From: Bugula neritina
Lineage: Eukaryota; Animalia; Bryozoa
Direction of reading: 5' to 3'
NCBI GenBank assembly: GCA_964035545.1
Contig: OZ037766.1
Span: 29,576,640 to 29,640,639, forward strand
Length of the DNA stretch: 64,000 bases
Numbering within the stretch: the stretch's first letter is position 1; each line of letters begins with the position of its first letter. The position numbers and the translations under genes are program-made. Under the pieces are notes generated by a model. It did no database searches. It worked only from the letters and a program-made list of their open reading frames with translations, and was not told where the DNA came from. This document shows positions 1-13,500 of this stretch, piece after piece.

Positions 1-446
1 TCAGGTAGAGGGTAGACTAAAACAAATGGGTTACATAATCAGGTTACAAAACAAAAGAAGTAATTGAACCTTTGATACCATTAAAACTAATTCATAAAAT
101 AGCCCTATATATAATATATTATAGGAAATTTGTTTTAATCCGGAGATAGATTAGCCATCATAGAATCAATGTAGTGTTAGTATAAATCTAAAATTAAGCT
201 GATTCTCAATCTATATGGAGATGAATATATGCTGGTTAGATTTTTATTTCACATAATAATTTAAAGTTGCTATAAATAAAATTCAGATCAATTCAAAATA
301 AGTTTTCTTATATATTAAATTGTATTTTATATAGTACCATACAATAATATGTTATTGGACAATATTACTGAGTATTATGGACTATTTTGTTGCAACATTC
401 AATAGCATTGCTAGCAGCTATAATGAAGTAAAAGTTTCAAAACTTC

Positions 447-2459
447 TCAGATTCTGCCATACACACCTTCAATCTCAGTAATGCCACCATTAAACACTAT
501 GCGTAGTTTTCCTTCTGATCGAACTTTGATTTGCCACCATGTAACCTCTGTTCCAAATCCAACGCATTCTATGGGAAAACAAAATGTGCAATTTGCAAGT
601 ACATATTTTTACTAGCATTTGTAATGCAAAGAACTAAGTAACAAATTCAAGTTACATAGATCTTTTACAGTGTCACTACTCACTACACACTTTACCATTG
701 TTTTCTGGGAAATTCTGGGAAACAGAGCAATATCATTGTTTGTGTTTCCATTATATATTATGCTACACAATAGTTTTATAATTTCGTTCAAAATATTTGG
801 ACTGGGCTGACTGGCTTTATACTAGTAGCTGGTTAATTGAAATAATTCTTTTTACAATTTGTGAGCCTGCATGTAGTATATATAATGTAAAATATGTAAT
901 CAATTTTGTATATATTGTATAGTTTATATATATATATATATTTTTTTTTATATTTTTTTATAATTTAGTATACCACAGTCAAGTTTGCTCTAAAACTCAA
1001 TAAATTCTTAGGATAATACTGCAAATGAAATTATCAAAATTATAAATAATTATACCCTTATATTAACCTGCTATTGCTTTGGATCTTTGCACCAGGCTTG
1101 ATAGTTGTTTAATGTTTAAATAAATCTGATGAGCATTAGTACCTTTGTCTAATAATTATGTTTATAAATAAGATTGCTTTTAGCTCACCCTTATTGTATA
1201 CTTTGACATTGACATGTGTTGGTGAACTTTTAGATAAATGCTCTATCCAGGACTGCAGTGTCTGTTTGTTGTGCCACGTCTCCCAAAGCTGTTCTTTCTG
1301 CTCTAGATTGTAGATTAGCAGTTGTGATTGACTTTCATGAAGCTTATCTAGTTTATTAAAATATTGATAGAATTGAAAATCATTCATTAATTATATAATG
1401 GAGTATTGCAATCTACAGCTATGGTTCATTGTAAACTACATCAGCATGTGCACAAGAGCACCTGTTAACGAGGGCACCTGTCAATGGTATTCATAGCATA
1501 GCTGTCAGCTCTATATACTTACATGAAAGATGAGGTGTGGAAGTACAGACTGTAGTAGAAAACTTGGGCAGTTGTCTATGGAGGGTCACAAATATGATTA
1601 CGCTTGTCACGGTTGTTATTGTCAGCACGCATGCTCCAACTAATAAAATAAACCGTAACAAATATATTCATTAAAATCTATTTTCCTATATATGAATAAA
1701 TTTTTACAAAGTATATTTTAATTGTGACTATAGGAAAAGTAAACTTGCTGAAAGAAACTATAGATTGTGACTGCATTGATTAATCTCTCAACTTGTGTCA
1801 TGAAAGTCTTTAAAGAGCTATATGATTGTAAATATGGCGGCATTAAATTTTAAGTTCTTGCAGCCTTTTGAATAGTTCTTCAATACTTGGTTCAGCTACT
1901 TTAAATAAATCTAGCATTGTGATGTCACTTTATATAATAATATATAACAAATATATAAAATGTGTCCGTTGGTATTAACTAAATCAATAAAATTACATGA
2001 TGTATATTTTGTGAATGCAAGTAGACCATCTTTTCAACATGCACCTCAAAATTGTAAAATAACATTTTACCTGTTCTGATATTTTGGTAAGATTCATGAA
2101 ATATTCATGTATAAAACAATTATTTGTAATGCAGTTTAGTTGATTAGAATTGCATACCATCTGCAGAAGCATTACGAATTTTTTATTGTGTACATTTATT
2201 CATTTGCAAAAATCTCAACAAATATAAGAATGCTTTAAACATTATTATATATCTATTGTTAAACAATACAAAATGCTTGTTTGAGAAGGGGAGTGTTTAT
2301 CGCATTGATTATTATTGAAAAAGCTGTAAAATATTTCTTAATACCTTGACAAGGACACAACGTTCGCTTAGAACTGTTTTTTCTTCTGTTTCGGTGAATA
2401 TTTTGAAAATTTTCCAGGTCGTACTCAGGTCCTTTCAAATGAAGCATTTTCCCTTCCAT
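447..2459 (-). CDS. Uncharacterised 170-aa single-pass (type II-like) membrane protein, 4 coding exons
   Basis: Exons 2345-2459, 1523-1639, 1189-1347 and 447-568 have GT-AG boundaries and join in frame (513 nt). Protein: MEGKMLHLKG...RNRRKNSSKRTLCPCQ-VGACVLTITTVTSVIIFVTL-HRQLP...WWQIKVRSEGKLRIVFNGGITEIEGVYGRI*. A basic patch precedes one hydrophobic segment. A probable 5' UTR exon lies near 2692-2748. Confidence 0.75.
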
Positions 2460-4539
2460 TATGCTATGAAGCTGTTAGAACAAATAGCGTATGATGTAAA
2501 TTGGGTTTAGATTTGTGTTCATCATAATTATGTACTACCGTAAAACTTTTAGAAGTGTCATTGTAAAAACCATAACTGATGCAAAATTCCAGTACTTATA
2601 GTATTATATTTTATTTATTTATATAGTATATATAGTTATTTACTTACTGAAAGGTGGGCAGTTATGTTTATATTCAATATGAATATCTTACCTGGGCTGA
2701 ATCAGCTCCAAAGGTGTAGAGAGTTAAAAAGAGATGTAAGATTTTCTACTGCAACTAATCAACAGAATCCTAACTTCACTAACGCGAAGATTTATTTGAT
2801 GGCTATGATATTTATTGCTCTATTGAACAACTATTCAAATTGAAGGGATGTTAGATATAATAATATTATTGGCAGGCAAAACAAGGAAATGTTGCAATAG
2901 TATAAGGAAACTAGAATAATTATGTGATGAGTTACTGTCATCATGCGCAAGAAAAGAGCAATTATATACATCTACACATAACTCACTCAAGCGATACATG
3001 AATGCATTTTCTCCCCAATGAGTTTAAGTAATTAATTCTGTTTATGAATCATCATAACACATTTCAAGTGTGAAACTGTTTACAGCTTTTTTAGTCGCTA
3101 ATAAACAACTAAAATTTTCTAGCTAAATTTTCCAAGTGAATCTGCGTTATTGGCTTGTAACATATGTACTTTGAACAGCTGACATAGCTACTTTTGTAAG
3201 CTAATAAACTGTGTTATTATTATACTTGCTAATCAAAACTCAAAGCAATTTAGTTCAATATAATAAATCGAATTAATACTAAGCTACAAACATAACAAGT
3301 TCCAATTTGTCACTCAGCTTCTCCATTTTACTCAGAAAATTTAAACCTTTCAAAAGTACGGGTTGAGCAACTTATAAGCTCTCTATTGTATACTTTCTTT
3401 TGTAAAAATTCCCTCAATAGATCTTTAGAAAAATTACAATAAAAGTTCAAATTATTACCAAAGCATTTGAAAATGGCTGATTTCATCGATTTAAATGGTG
3501 CGTGGCCTATTTAGTCATAGCTTGGGCTAGTAATATTAGTCAATTAAACTTTAGGTAGTTGCGAATGGTCCCGTCTTACTTTCCTTTCCCCAAATATTTC
3601 CTCAGCAGACTGCAAATTCATTTCATGGCATAATCATGCATAAAACTAAATACTGATGTCTTGTGAAAGTTTTACACATAATATAATATATTATAATATT
3701 TGCGTATATATAATCTATACACTAAATTAAACATGGTTATATTAGTGTTTCAACATATTATGTTTAAATTCCATCAAATTAGTGGGCGCTTTCAAATTTT
3801 GCTCTTTTGGTGTAAAACTGCTAATTTAGCTGAGTTCTATTGCTCAAATAACATGCAAATACAATAGAGTTCTATACCTAAAGCAACTTGGTTTTTAAAA
3901 AGAATTAAAACATATAAATGGTTCAATAAACATGTAAAATATGTAACACACACAACACAACAAGACACACAAAGCACAATGTAACAAACAGTATTATTAT
4001 CATTGTTTGGAATGTTCAAAGAATTCTGCCTTGACTATAAAATGAACATATCTTCATGCTTTTATTTCAAAGCTATGATAACTTACAATAACCTTAAAAT
4101 ACTTATTTGGCAGTTTTTCCAACTTGAGATACATAAAAAATTGTAATTTAGGAGTTGTTTTATGTATGTAAATTATAATACAATAGATTGCAAATAGTTA
4201 AAAAAAATTATTTACTAAAATTTATTTAACTTGGATGTATGTACAGCGATAAAAAAACTTTGTTATACTTTATTGCAGACAGCTAGAGAAAATACTATAA
4301 TTATATTTCAAAAGTTTACACTCTGCTAACATAGTGACAAATAGTGTTCATAATTATATTTATAATGAAAAATTTATACAAACAGCATTTTCTCTGAGCA
4401 CCATTTTTGTAGAGTTTTCACCAAAAGTGTAATATGCTGAAACAGAAAAATGTTGTGGTTACAGTTCATTTAATCATATTCAATAAAGTAAATAATAATT
4501 ATAAACATATTCCATCCTTGAGTAGGAGTTATGTTCTCA

Positions 4540-5703
4540 TTATATTTGTTTCCTTTTTTGTCTTGCCACTGAGTAACTAACTGGCTGTGTAGAATTCTCC
4601 AGAAAATTAACTAAATGAATTCTTTTGTGACAAGTTAGACTCAGTTTTTTGGTAGTCATGAAGCTACATTTGTCACTCTGATACCATCTCATACCTCTCC
4701 AGTACGACTCTGGTGGACCTACTCCTAAAATATCAAATGTTAGTGCGTTAGAATCTTGAGCATTGATGATACATACAAAAGGGTGGCTAAATCAACTCAA
4801 TATATCAATTAATAAAATTCACATCTGTTTTGCTAGAGTAAAAACATTGCAACTGTACAAAAGCACTGACAGGCAAGTAGCTTACCTGTATAATCTAAAC
4901 AGTGTAAATGTAGAAAAGGTTTACCTACAGTCTAATGTAAATGCATAGACATAGAAAATAATTTACCTTTATAATGATCGTCGGCCCAGTGGTCTACCAC
5001 AAGATGTAGCTTTGAGAATGATGAGTCACATTTGGGACAATGGAAACGTCTTATCAAAAAACTGCTCTTGCTTTCCATTCTGCTTGGACCAGCTAAACCA
5101 GAACTAGTTCCAGGCCGAGTCTTGAAACTTTGTTGGAGGCTGTTTGAGCAAGTGTGTCTGAATTTGTGATATAAATTCTTAGTTGTATAACTACATTTTC
5201 GGCATTTATACACTTGAATATCTTCCATGTTTTTGATTACACTTTCTTCTGTATTAAACTCTGCAACTTAAAATGTTCAATTTTCATTATTAGGAATTTA
5301 ATTTTTGATTGGCAAATTTAACATTAATTTGCAGTTTATAATACATTTAGCAGGTGCCTATAGGACAACTTAAGTCTTGGTAATATCTAATTTATAAACA
5401 GATACTCAGGTTTTCAATAGATTGTAAACTACATCTGATTTACCTGGTATTATATTTATAGCAATAATTTATAGCAAGCCAGGATCATTGATATGTGAGA
5501 AAGGTTGGTCCACTAAAATTGGTAGTATAATTGTAGTATTAGTTGTACCAGTGTGAAACAAAGATTTTTTGCAATATCATTACAAATTTACTAGCTTTTT
5601 AAATAGGATTATAATTATTACGTTGTGTTAATTTATACTGACCTAAAATCTTCTCTCCTGTTGATTCACTTTCTTTATTTTTAGAACTTAAAAGAGAAGC
5701 CAT
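4540..5703 (-). CDS. Small C2H2-type zinc-finger protein, copy A (179 aa, 3 exons)
   Basis: Exons 5643-5703, 4967-5260 and 4540-4724 join in frame. Fingers: CRKCSYTTKNLYHKFRHTC, CPKCDSSFSKLHLVVDHWADDH, and a degenerate SDKCSFMTTKKLSLTCHKRIH. Confidence 0.8.
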
Positions 5704-6019
5704 TTAAATAGAATAATATATTATTATGCTGTTGAAATACTAAGCAGGTTGTACATGCTGCCAATTGCTAATTGTTAAAGCAAATAAACGCATTATAAAA
5801 AGTTGACCCTTTGAAGATAGCTGGCTAAAAGCTTAATAAGTTTTAAAAGAAACTAAAGTACTTTCCAGTTAGCATTTCTGCAAGCTTTGCAAAGCAGCAA
5901 ATTTTTGTCAAAATTTTACAGAGCTTTTAAAAGTATATTGAATACTCTTATACAGAGTTCTCAGCAAAAGAAACTTTCTTCTATAATATCATGCTCACTA
6001 ACAAAAGTTTATAGTCACC

Positions 6020-6216
6020 ATCCTTGTGAGAAAACCCCTGATGGAAAGAGTTTTTGTTAAATCCGGCTATAATGACAATTATTCAGATGAGGCACAGGAG
6101 CAATTATGACTGGATGCTCTTCCTAACATCACCAATGGCCTTTGTCAGGTTGAACCCATAACTTAATTTGTGCATACAATAGGCAAACGCTCTAACCCCT
6201 AGGCCACAGCTGCTCC
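6020..6216 (-). mobile_element. tRNA-derived SINE copy
   Basis: The reverse strand reads A-box-like TGGCCTAGGGGTTAGAGC and B-box-like GGGTTCAA, then the core GCCATTGGTGATGTTAGGAAGAGCATCCAGTCATAA. That core recurs near 9780 and 14525. Confidence 0.65.
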
Positions 6217-7065
6217 TCATATTCTATGAGTTAAAGCCCTATAAATAAACACCACTCATAAGCTATTTTTGTACACCTGTGCTACAAAAGGTATACAAAG
6301 GTAGAGGCCTGCGGTACAAATTTGTACCCCAAAAGTTAAATCTAATTTCTTCTAAGCACATGAAAAACTATTGAAATATATCAGAGCCAATGTTGATAGC
6401 AATTGATAAGAATTGACATTTGAAAGATAAAAGCAATAAAACATAACCAACCTCACAACATTTTTTTTTATACAACTTAATTTTTATCCGTTGAATAAAT
6501 TTGAAAAAGATATTAAACTCTATAACTATAGTTTTGTTTTTTCATACAAAGCGTTGATATTCTAAAAACTGCATGTCCATTTTAAAGAGCAGTTTCTCAA
6601 AGCTATTATTTCGATGCAATGCAGAAGCTTTTTAGCTGCGTTACACTACTTGTAAAAGGTGTCTTATAGCCTGTATTTATTGACCCCTTATATATAGCAA
6701 AATATATATTACTGTTATAAAAATATATGCATGAATGCTGTCAGAAAATTGCAAAAATGTATTAGAAAAGCTTAAAATTTTATATTATAGTGGCCCCCTT
6801 TACCTAAACTATATATATTGTAAATTAACTTGACCTATTTCAAAGATATTTAGTAAGTATAAAATTATATTTAAAAAGCTGTTTACAGTGCTTGAAAACG
6901 ATTTAGTCAAAGCATACTTTTGTTTTCTTTCAAAACTCACTGCTATTCTAGCTAGCTATTTTTAATGAGTAAACTTTTTACATATTTATTTGATGTACTA
7001 GCTACTTTTGCAGCATTATTGTATCTTGAAGCATTTCAACAGCATATTTTTATAAGAGAGCACCA

Positions 7066-8710
7066 ATGGCTTCCTCTTCAGGTAATTCCTCAGTAGAAAC
7101 AATTTGGCTACCAGGTAAGTAAGCATCATAGAAAACATAATTATTTTATTCAGATTACAAATAGAAAACAAAGCTTAACTGATATATTTAATGTATTTAA
7201 ATAGAACTGATTCTTTAAAATTATTGGATAAACAGATAATTTTGCTTTACTTGATTTACTTAATATGTATTTTGATTGGCTTTTGAATTTAGAAGATGAA
7301 TATAGTTTATATTTCAAGCAGGCTATATACTATAGAAACACATGTTTGCTAAAACCAATATATTTACAGACTAGAATACCACAATAATACTTAAGTTTGA
7401 TTGCTATGCTGTTTTTACTCAATCGCTTAGTTTAAAAAACATAAAATAGCATGCATGCAGTCAGTTTATGGCAGAATGCTAATAAAGTATTAAGCTACTC
7501 AATGAATTATTGTTTGATTGCACATAATTATCTGGTGCTATATAATAGACAAGCTATATGAGTGTAAAATAAAAAGTTTTGAGCGCTTATAGAAGATAAA
7601 AATTGAAAACTAAAAAGCAATTTCCAATTGCACTAAAATATATACTATACTTTGTACAATTTACAAATTAAAATAAACAGCAACATATATATGCACCACT
7701 TACTCCATGAAAACTGATATTACACTGTTTTAATACTGAGCTAGTAGCTTTAAACAAAATTTTGGATTGTTATTGATAAATTTAATAAAAACTTATTGAG
7801 TGTTTTGCTTCTATTAATATGATTGTCCTAAAATGCTTTAGCTACACACTATAATTCTATTGTAAGTTGATATTTACATACACTTTGATTGGCTTGTTAA
7901 ATCTGCTATACTTACAGCTTATGTATAAGAAAAGATTACTTTTAGATTACTTGTGTCAGCAATGTATGGTTAGATATAATATATTTGCATAGGTGATTTT
8001 GTATAAACTAAGCTGATTTCAGTCATTTGAAAAAATAACTTGAAATAAGTTTGACATACCTTACGTTGTAGAGTCGGACTCAGAAGAAAGTAAAAGCGGA
8101 AACATGAAAGCAGGAGTTGAAGTATTTAGATGTAAGAAATGTGGTTATATGACTGTAACGAATTTGCATAACAAAATCAAACAAACTAGCTCAAACAGCC
8201 TCCAACAAGATTCCACATCTCAGCCTGGAACTAGTTCTGGTTTAGCTGGTCCAAGCAGAATGGAAAATACAATCAGCTCTACTAAGAAACTTCACCGGTG
8301 TCCACAATGCAACACTGCGTTCTTGGAGCTAAATCGAGAGGCAGACCGTACAAGTAAATCTTTTCTATATTTTTTTGTTTAAATTATATTGGTAAATACT
8401 TTTTCTATTTACATCATATGCGTAAAGCGTTTTATGTTTGAGCTGTTTGAATTTTTCAGGTAAACTTTCTTCTAGCTATTTTTATTAAGATCTTAAATTG
8501 CATGTACCAAAACCCAATATTTTAGATGATTCACCAGATTTGAGTAAATCTATCAAATGGCATCAATGTGACAAATGTGACTTCAAGACAGAGCAGGAGC
8601 ACAGTTTAACCTCTCACAAGAAAATTCATTTACCCCAGGCTTCTCAGAATTTGATAGAGAAAGAGCTTGACTTAGATAAAGCTTTAAACTTCCTAAAACA
8701 ATTTGAATGA
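7066..8710 (+). CDS. Small C2H2-type zinc-finger protein, copy B (171 aa, 3 exons), inverted paralog of copy A
   Basis: Exons 7066-7114, 8072-8353 and 8526-8710. The last exon is 185 nt, as in copy A, and both share the linker SNSLQQ...PGTSSGLAGPSRME. The third finger CDKCDFKTEQEHSLTSHKKIH is intact. Confidence 0.8.
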
Positions 8711-9721
8711 GAGCATGACTCCTACTTCAGGATAATTGCTCTGCAGGGTTTTTATTCATTGATTTTAAATTTGAATTATATTAGTTTAAATGCACCCACA
8801 GAAATTATTATTTAGAGTAAAATGTTTTTATGAGTGATGACTGCATGATTGATTAAAATGTTTTTCCTGTCACTAACATTTAAAAACAGAAAGAATAACC
8901 TAAAGCTTGTAGTCGTTGCTATTTAACAGATTTTTTAAAACTTTAAATTTTTCCTTCAACGTGATTTTCTTAATTTTAAAAGCAACTGTTCTAGTAATAC
9001 AAACAAATATTTTTTATTCATTGCATTTATGCTATTGCAGGAGCGAGTGCAAAACTGCATAATTAGTAAATAAGGATTGGTAAAAATCATTATATGTAGA
9101 TGTATTATAATTTGTTTAAAACACTCAGTACCTATTCTTAAAAAACATAAATTGCCAACCAATAAAAAGGCATAGTATGATTTCTATAACAAACCTGCAT
9201 CAGCTTCAAAGTTTAACCAATGAGAAATGCATGATCTTTCAGTATAGTTCACAATATTATATGTAAGTGGTTTTTAAACTTGATGCGCAAACTATATTAT
9301 TATAGTTTAAAGATTTTAAAACTATTTGCAAGCAGATTGTAGTCTTTGGAAACTTTCATATTTATTCTTAGTGACTTATATATTTCTTCTGACCACCGTG
9401 TGTGTTCTCATGTGTCTGTTGAGAGAAGCTTTCTGTCTAGACATAAAATCACAACCTTGTTTGGAACAGCAGTACCATCATTTATTAGTACTAGCTGAGG
9501 CACCCATAGAGCTAATAACAGTGTTTGCCATCTAAATAAGCATTTATTGAGATGGTAAGCTCCTAGAAATCTATTGTCATAATTTTACTAAAGCTGTTTC
9601 AAGGTAAGAGTTACTTGGTCTACTATAGCCAGCATTTTTGCCCAAAGAGTTAGAGTGCATAGTTTGGAGAGAAGGTCACTCTTAAAACCAAATAACAAAT
9701 TATGGTAACTGGGTTTTTATT

Positions 9722-9900
9722 GGAAGCATTGACTTTGGCCTAGTTAGTATACTAGGACATGGGCTGGAACCTTAGCAGAGCCATCGTTAATGTTAAGAAA
9801 AGCATCCGATAATAATCTGTTTTTGCCATTTAACATGGGCAATCTCCAGCCTCTTTGTGGTTTCAACATAGAATGTGGGAAAGTATTTACAGTGTAAAGC
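9722..9900 (+). mobile_element. Degenerate copy of the same SINE family
   Basis: TGGCCTAGTTAG head and core GCCATCGTTAATGTTAAGAAAAGCATCC; boundaries approximate. Confidence 0.45.
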
Positions 9901-10560
9901 ACTGTATTGAAACTTATATTTCATGGTTTAGGTAAATCCAGTCTGAGTTCATGAGGGAGTTGTTATAACCGATATATAACAGGTGTAGGTCTTTGTACAG
10001 TGAGTTACCAGTTATTACACAGAGTGAAAGAATTAACTTAGTAAGAACATTACAAAATTGTATATTTGGACCCACACAGCTACTGATATTGTCATATTAT
10101 ACTTATTGAGGCTTGATTTTCATTTTCTATTGTTGTTTCTGTTGATGAATGCAGCCTTTCTACTATAAACAGACATGCAGTTTCAACTGATCATATTCTA
10201 CTACAGAGTATGTAAGAGAACTTTGCTTGAGCTCCTGATTAATATCTGAAACATGTGTTTGCAATTTGATGCAACTTTATATTTTCTTACGCATTATCAA
10301 CAGCCACCTTGTGGCCTAACTTATCCACACAACAAAATTTCAGCAGATCAAAATTCTGTATAATCGTATTTACACAACATTTATTGTTCAGAAAATAAAA
10401 ACAGAAAGTTGCCACTCAATTAAGAAATCATATTAATATGTAACTAATTGTTTGCATAAATACCAAAGAAATTATCAACACAAAAATAATACACTGGGTT
10501 CAGATATATTAGAGTATTGTTTTAGTCAATTGCATTACATTAACACAACAGTACAGTAAT

Positions 10561-13500
10561 TTATTCCTCACTGAAGTTAGACGACTCCGAGAAACAGTGC
10601 TGTTTACAGAAATTGTCTACACATGTCTTGAATAGTTGCATGCCCTCATCATTCTACAACATGAACTTCACTATTCTTCTCTGTCTCAAATAGCATTTCA
10701 GCAGGAAACTTTGAAAAGAGTGGTAGCAGCAGCAGCAGTAACATGTGACAATTCTAATTTTAGTGCAGCTCCTAATGTTGGGTGAAAGATGGTGAATGAA
10801 TAGCATAAGATCAGATATGAGAGGGCGGAAATGGAATAGCAAGAATACAAGCAATAGAGTTAGATGGAAATCACTAATTATATGAGTTGGTTATGCAAAG
10901 CTTCTTATCTACCAGAAATAAAACAGTCAGGGTCAAAAACGGTGAGAATTGGGTGGAAGATGGTACAACATGGTAAAAGGAAAAGTTGGTGGTAAAACAA
11001 TTAACGCAAACAAAAATATTATACACACACTTAACGTGAATGTCACACCAAAAATTTTCATCACATAAGTAAGAGTTGTCATCGGGTGGAAACAAACCTG
11101 GTCAGACAGGAAATAGTCTACGACATTCTCTTTCCAGTGCGGCTCGTGACTCACAGAGACTACTGAGTGGTCGTGTATAGACACTAGGCATTCCTCGTAC
11201 AGCAATATGGCAGCCAGTGCATCTTCTATCAGCACAGTTGATCTATACGACAACCTCGCGTGTGACTCTGCAATAGTCAACCTACAAACACAGGTTTTAT
11301 ATGAAAGTAATTGCCACTTGAACTATTTTGAAAATAGAGATTAAAAACTGTACAGCAACAACACTCAAATTAATGTCGATCATTGCATGATAAATAGATT
11401 TGACTAAATATACACAGTTAACTCACTAAAAATTACGTATACAACATATTATGTGCATAATATTATGTAATTTCAACATATGCTTTTAATATATACTATA
11501 TATACTAATTTTTGCTAGTAGTGTGTAATGCATGTATACATTAAACCTCTGCAAGTGAAATAGACTATAATATATACTATAAACAATCCTGTTATTATAT
11601 ACTACATACGCTAGTAATATATATATATAGTATATATTGTATACGATGTGACCGCAACTTAATCTAACATTTACTATATATAAACTAACTTACATGGTCC
11701 TAAGAGATGAAGTGGGCATGACATTGATGTCTGACCTAACTTGTCTACTAGCTAAGTAAAAATTAGCTAGATAACCTTTGACTTCTTCAGGGAATGTAAC
11801 TTCCAAGTCTCTACACATCTCTATATACTAAAAGTGATTGAGACAAGCTTATTACACCAGTGATGTGAGCATATAATAATAGCATTCTATTTACATGTTC
11901 GCTATAGATCGTAACTATCAACTATGTCTATCCGTCTGTCTGTCTGTCTATCTATTTATCTGTCTGTCTATCTGTCTGTCTGTCTATCTGTCTGTCTGTC
12001 CACCTGTCTGTCTATCTGTCTGTCTATCTGTCTGTCTGTTTGTCTGTCTGTCTATCTGTCTGTCTGTCTATCTATACATGCAACAAAGTCAAAGCAAAGT
12101 CTCTGAAATAAGTCTTTAGAAGTTTAGGTTCCGCACAGCTGAAGATAAAGGTGTCTATACCATGCAGTCACCTGTTTTAGATGAGAAAATGGAACTCTTT
12201 CAGTCAGTTCTGAAGGATCAGAGGCTATAGAGCTAGCTAGAGTAGCTAAGGCTACCTGGTCCTGGTACTCAAATGTGACGTCATCAGTGAGCAGTATTAT
12301 ATCAAACAACCTGAGACAAGACGACTCATAAAACAAAGTGTGATGCTGACAATTTTATTATACGGTAAAATATCAAAAAATGCTTTGGACATTAATTATA
12401 AGCTATAAATAGTGTTTAAATATATAGTTCACTGTATTATAGCATTTTCGCAGACATTTCAATGTTGTTAACACAATATGATGAAAAAGACTATGATACT
12501 TTTTGTTCACATCTCATATTTACAGTTCACCAATTTATATTTAAAAGTAAGTTAGCCCCAACTCTAAGCATACGATATAAGACAGACCGACTATAAGCAT
12601 ATGATATAAAACAGCCCCACTATATAAGCACACTACATAACAGCATTTAGGTAGCTGTGGTGAGAGCAGGTATAAGGCAGTTTGCACCACTACTTACTGT
12701 AATAAGGCAGGGTTTATGTTTAAAGGTTTGTTAGGATTGACTTTAACTTTTGAAGTCTTCGAGGTGTTAGAGTTATCTGCACATGCCCATATTCTAGCCT
12801 TAGAATCAACACTCACAGGCTCAGATTTTCCATGGACTGGTAATAGAACGTTGTTGTACTCAAGGGCTACAAGAGTTAACACATAAATGATACGAATTAT
12901 AAAACAATGGTTCAAAATGAAGTTATCTAAAAAGCAGTGCAGCCTAAATTACCATCCATATTATGATATATTAATATTGTTATAACAGTTTATTTATTAT
13001 TTTATTGAAGATTGTGCAGTACATTGCTCTAACTGTAGCAAATGAGCTTTGCACAGTTTTACTAATTGTTTAATTTTTTTCGTCATTTGTTCATCAGCTA
13101 ATCCAAAACTTTTTAACACAAATTAACAGAGCAGTACACCATAGGGTATAGTATGAGCTAAGCTCTCAGTCTTTTGGGGAAGGTATAGTCATAGGGTAAA
13201 GCCCTGGTTTGATATAGGAAGCATAAGTAAACAATGGGATTGCCTACCCCTGATTAGATGAGTCATCTCCTGTTTGGGCAGGGAGCCGACATCTGGTATG
13301 ACACAGATAGATGTGTTGGCCAATAAGCATGAGCCACCTGGTGGTAAATACATTTGCATTGCTTTGAATTGTCTAAATACAGTCAGAATAAGAATCTGTT
13401 TTTACATATCTGTAAATATTGTGATGCAACAGCATAGGAAATAAAGTGCTAGAATGAAACACCTATTTCCATAGTAATCACAACTGCCTATTTAAAACAA

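Noticed and set aside
5803-6340. Possible piggyBac-like element (TTGA-CCCTTT ... AAAAG-TTAA)
   Set aside because: The terminal match is too short and degenerate to support.
11895-12119. LSVC-repeat ORFs, and the Leu/Ser/Pro ORFs at 49982-50544
   Set aside because: These are translations of simple repeats.
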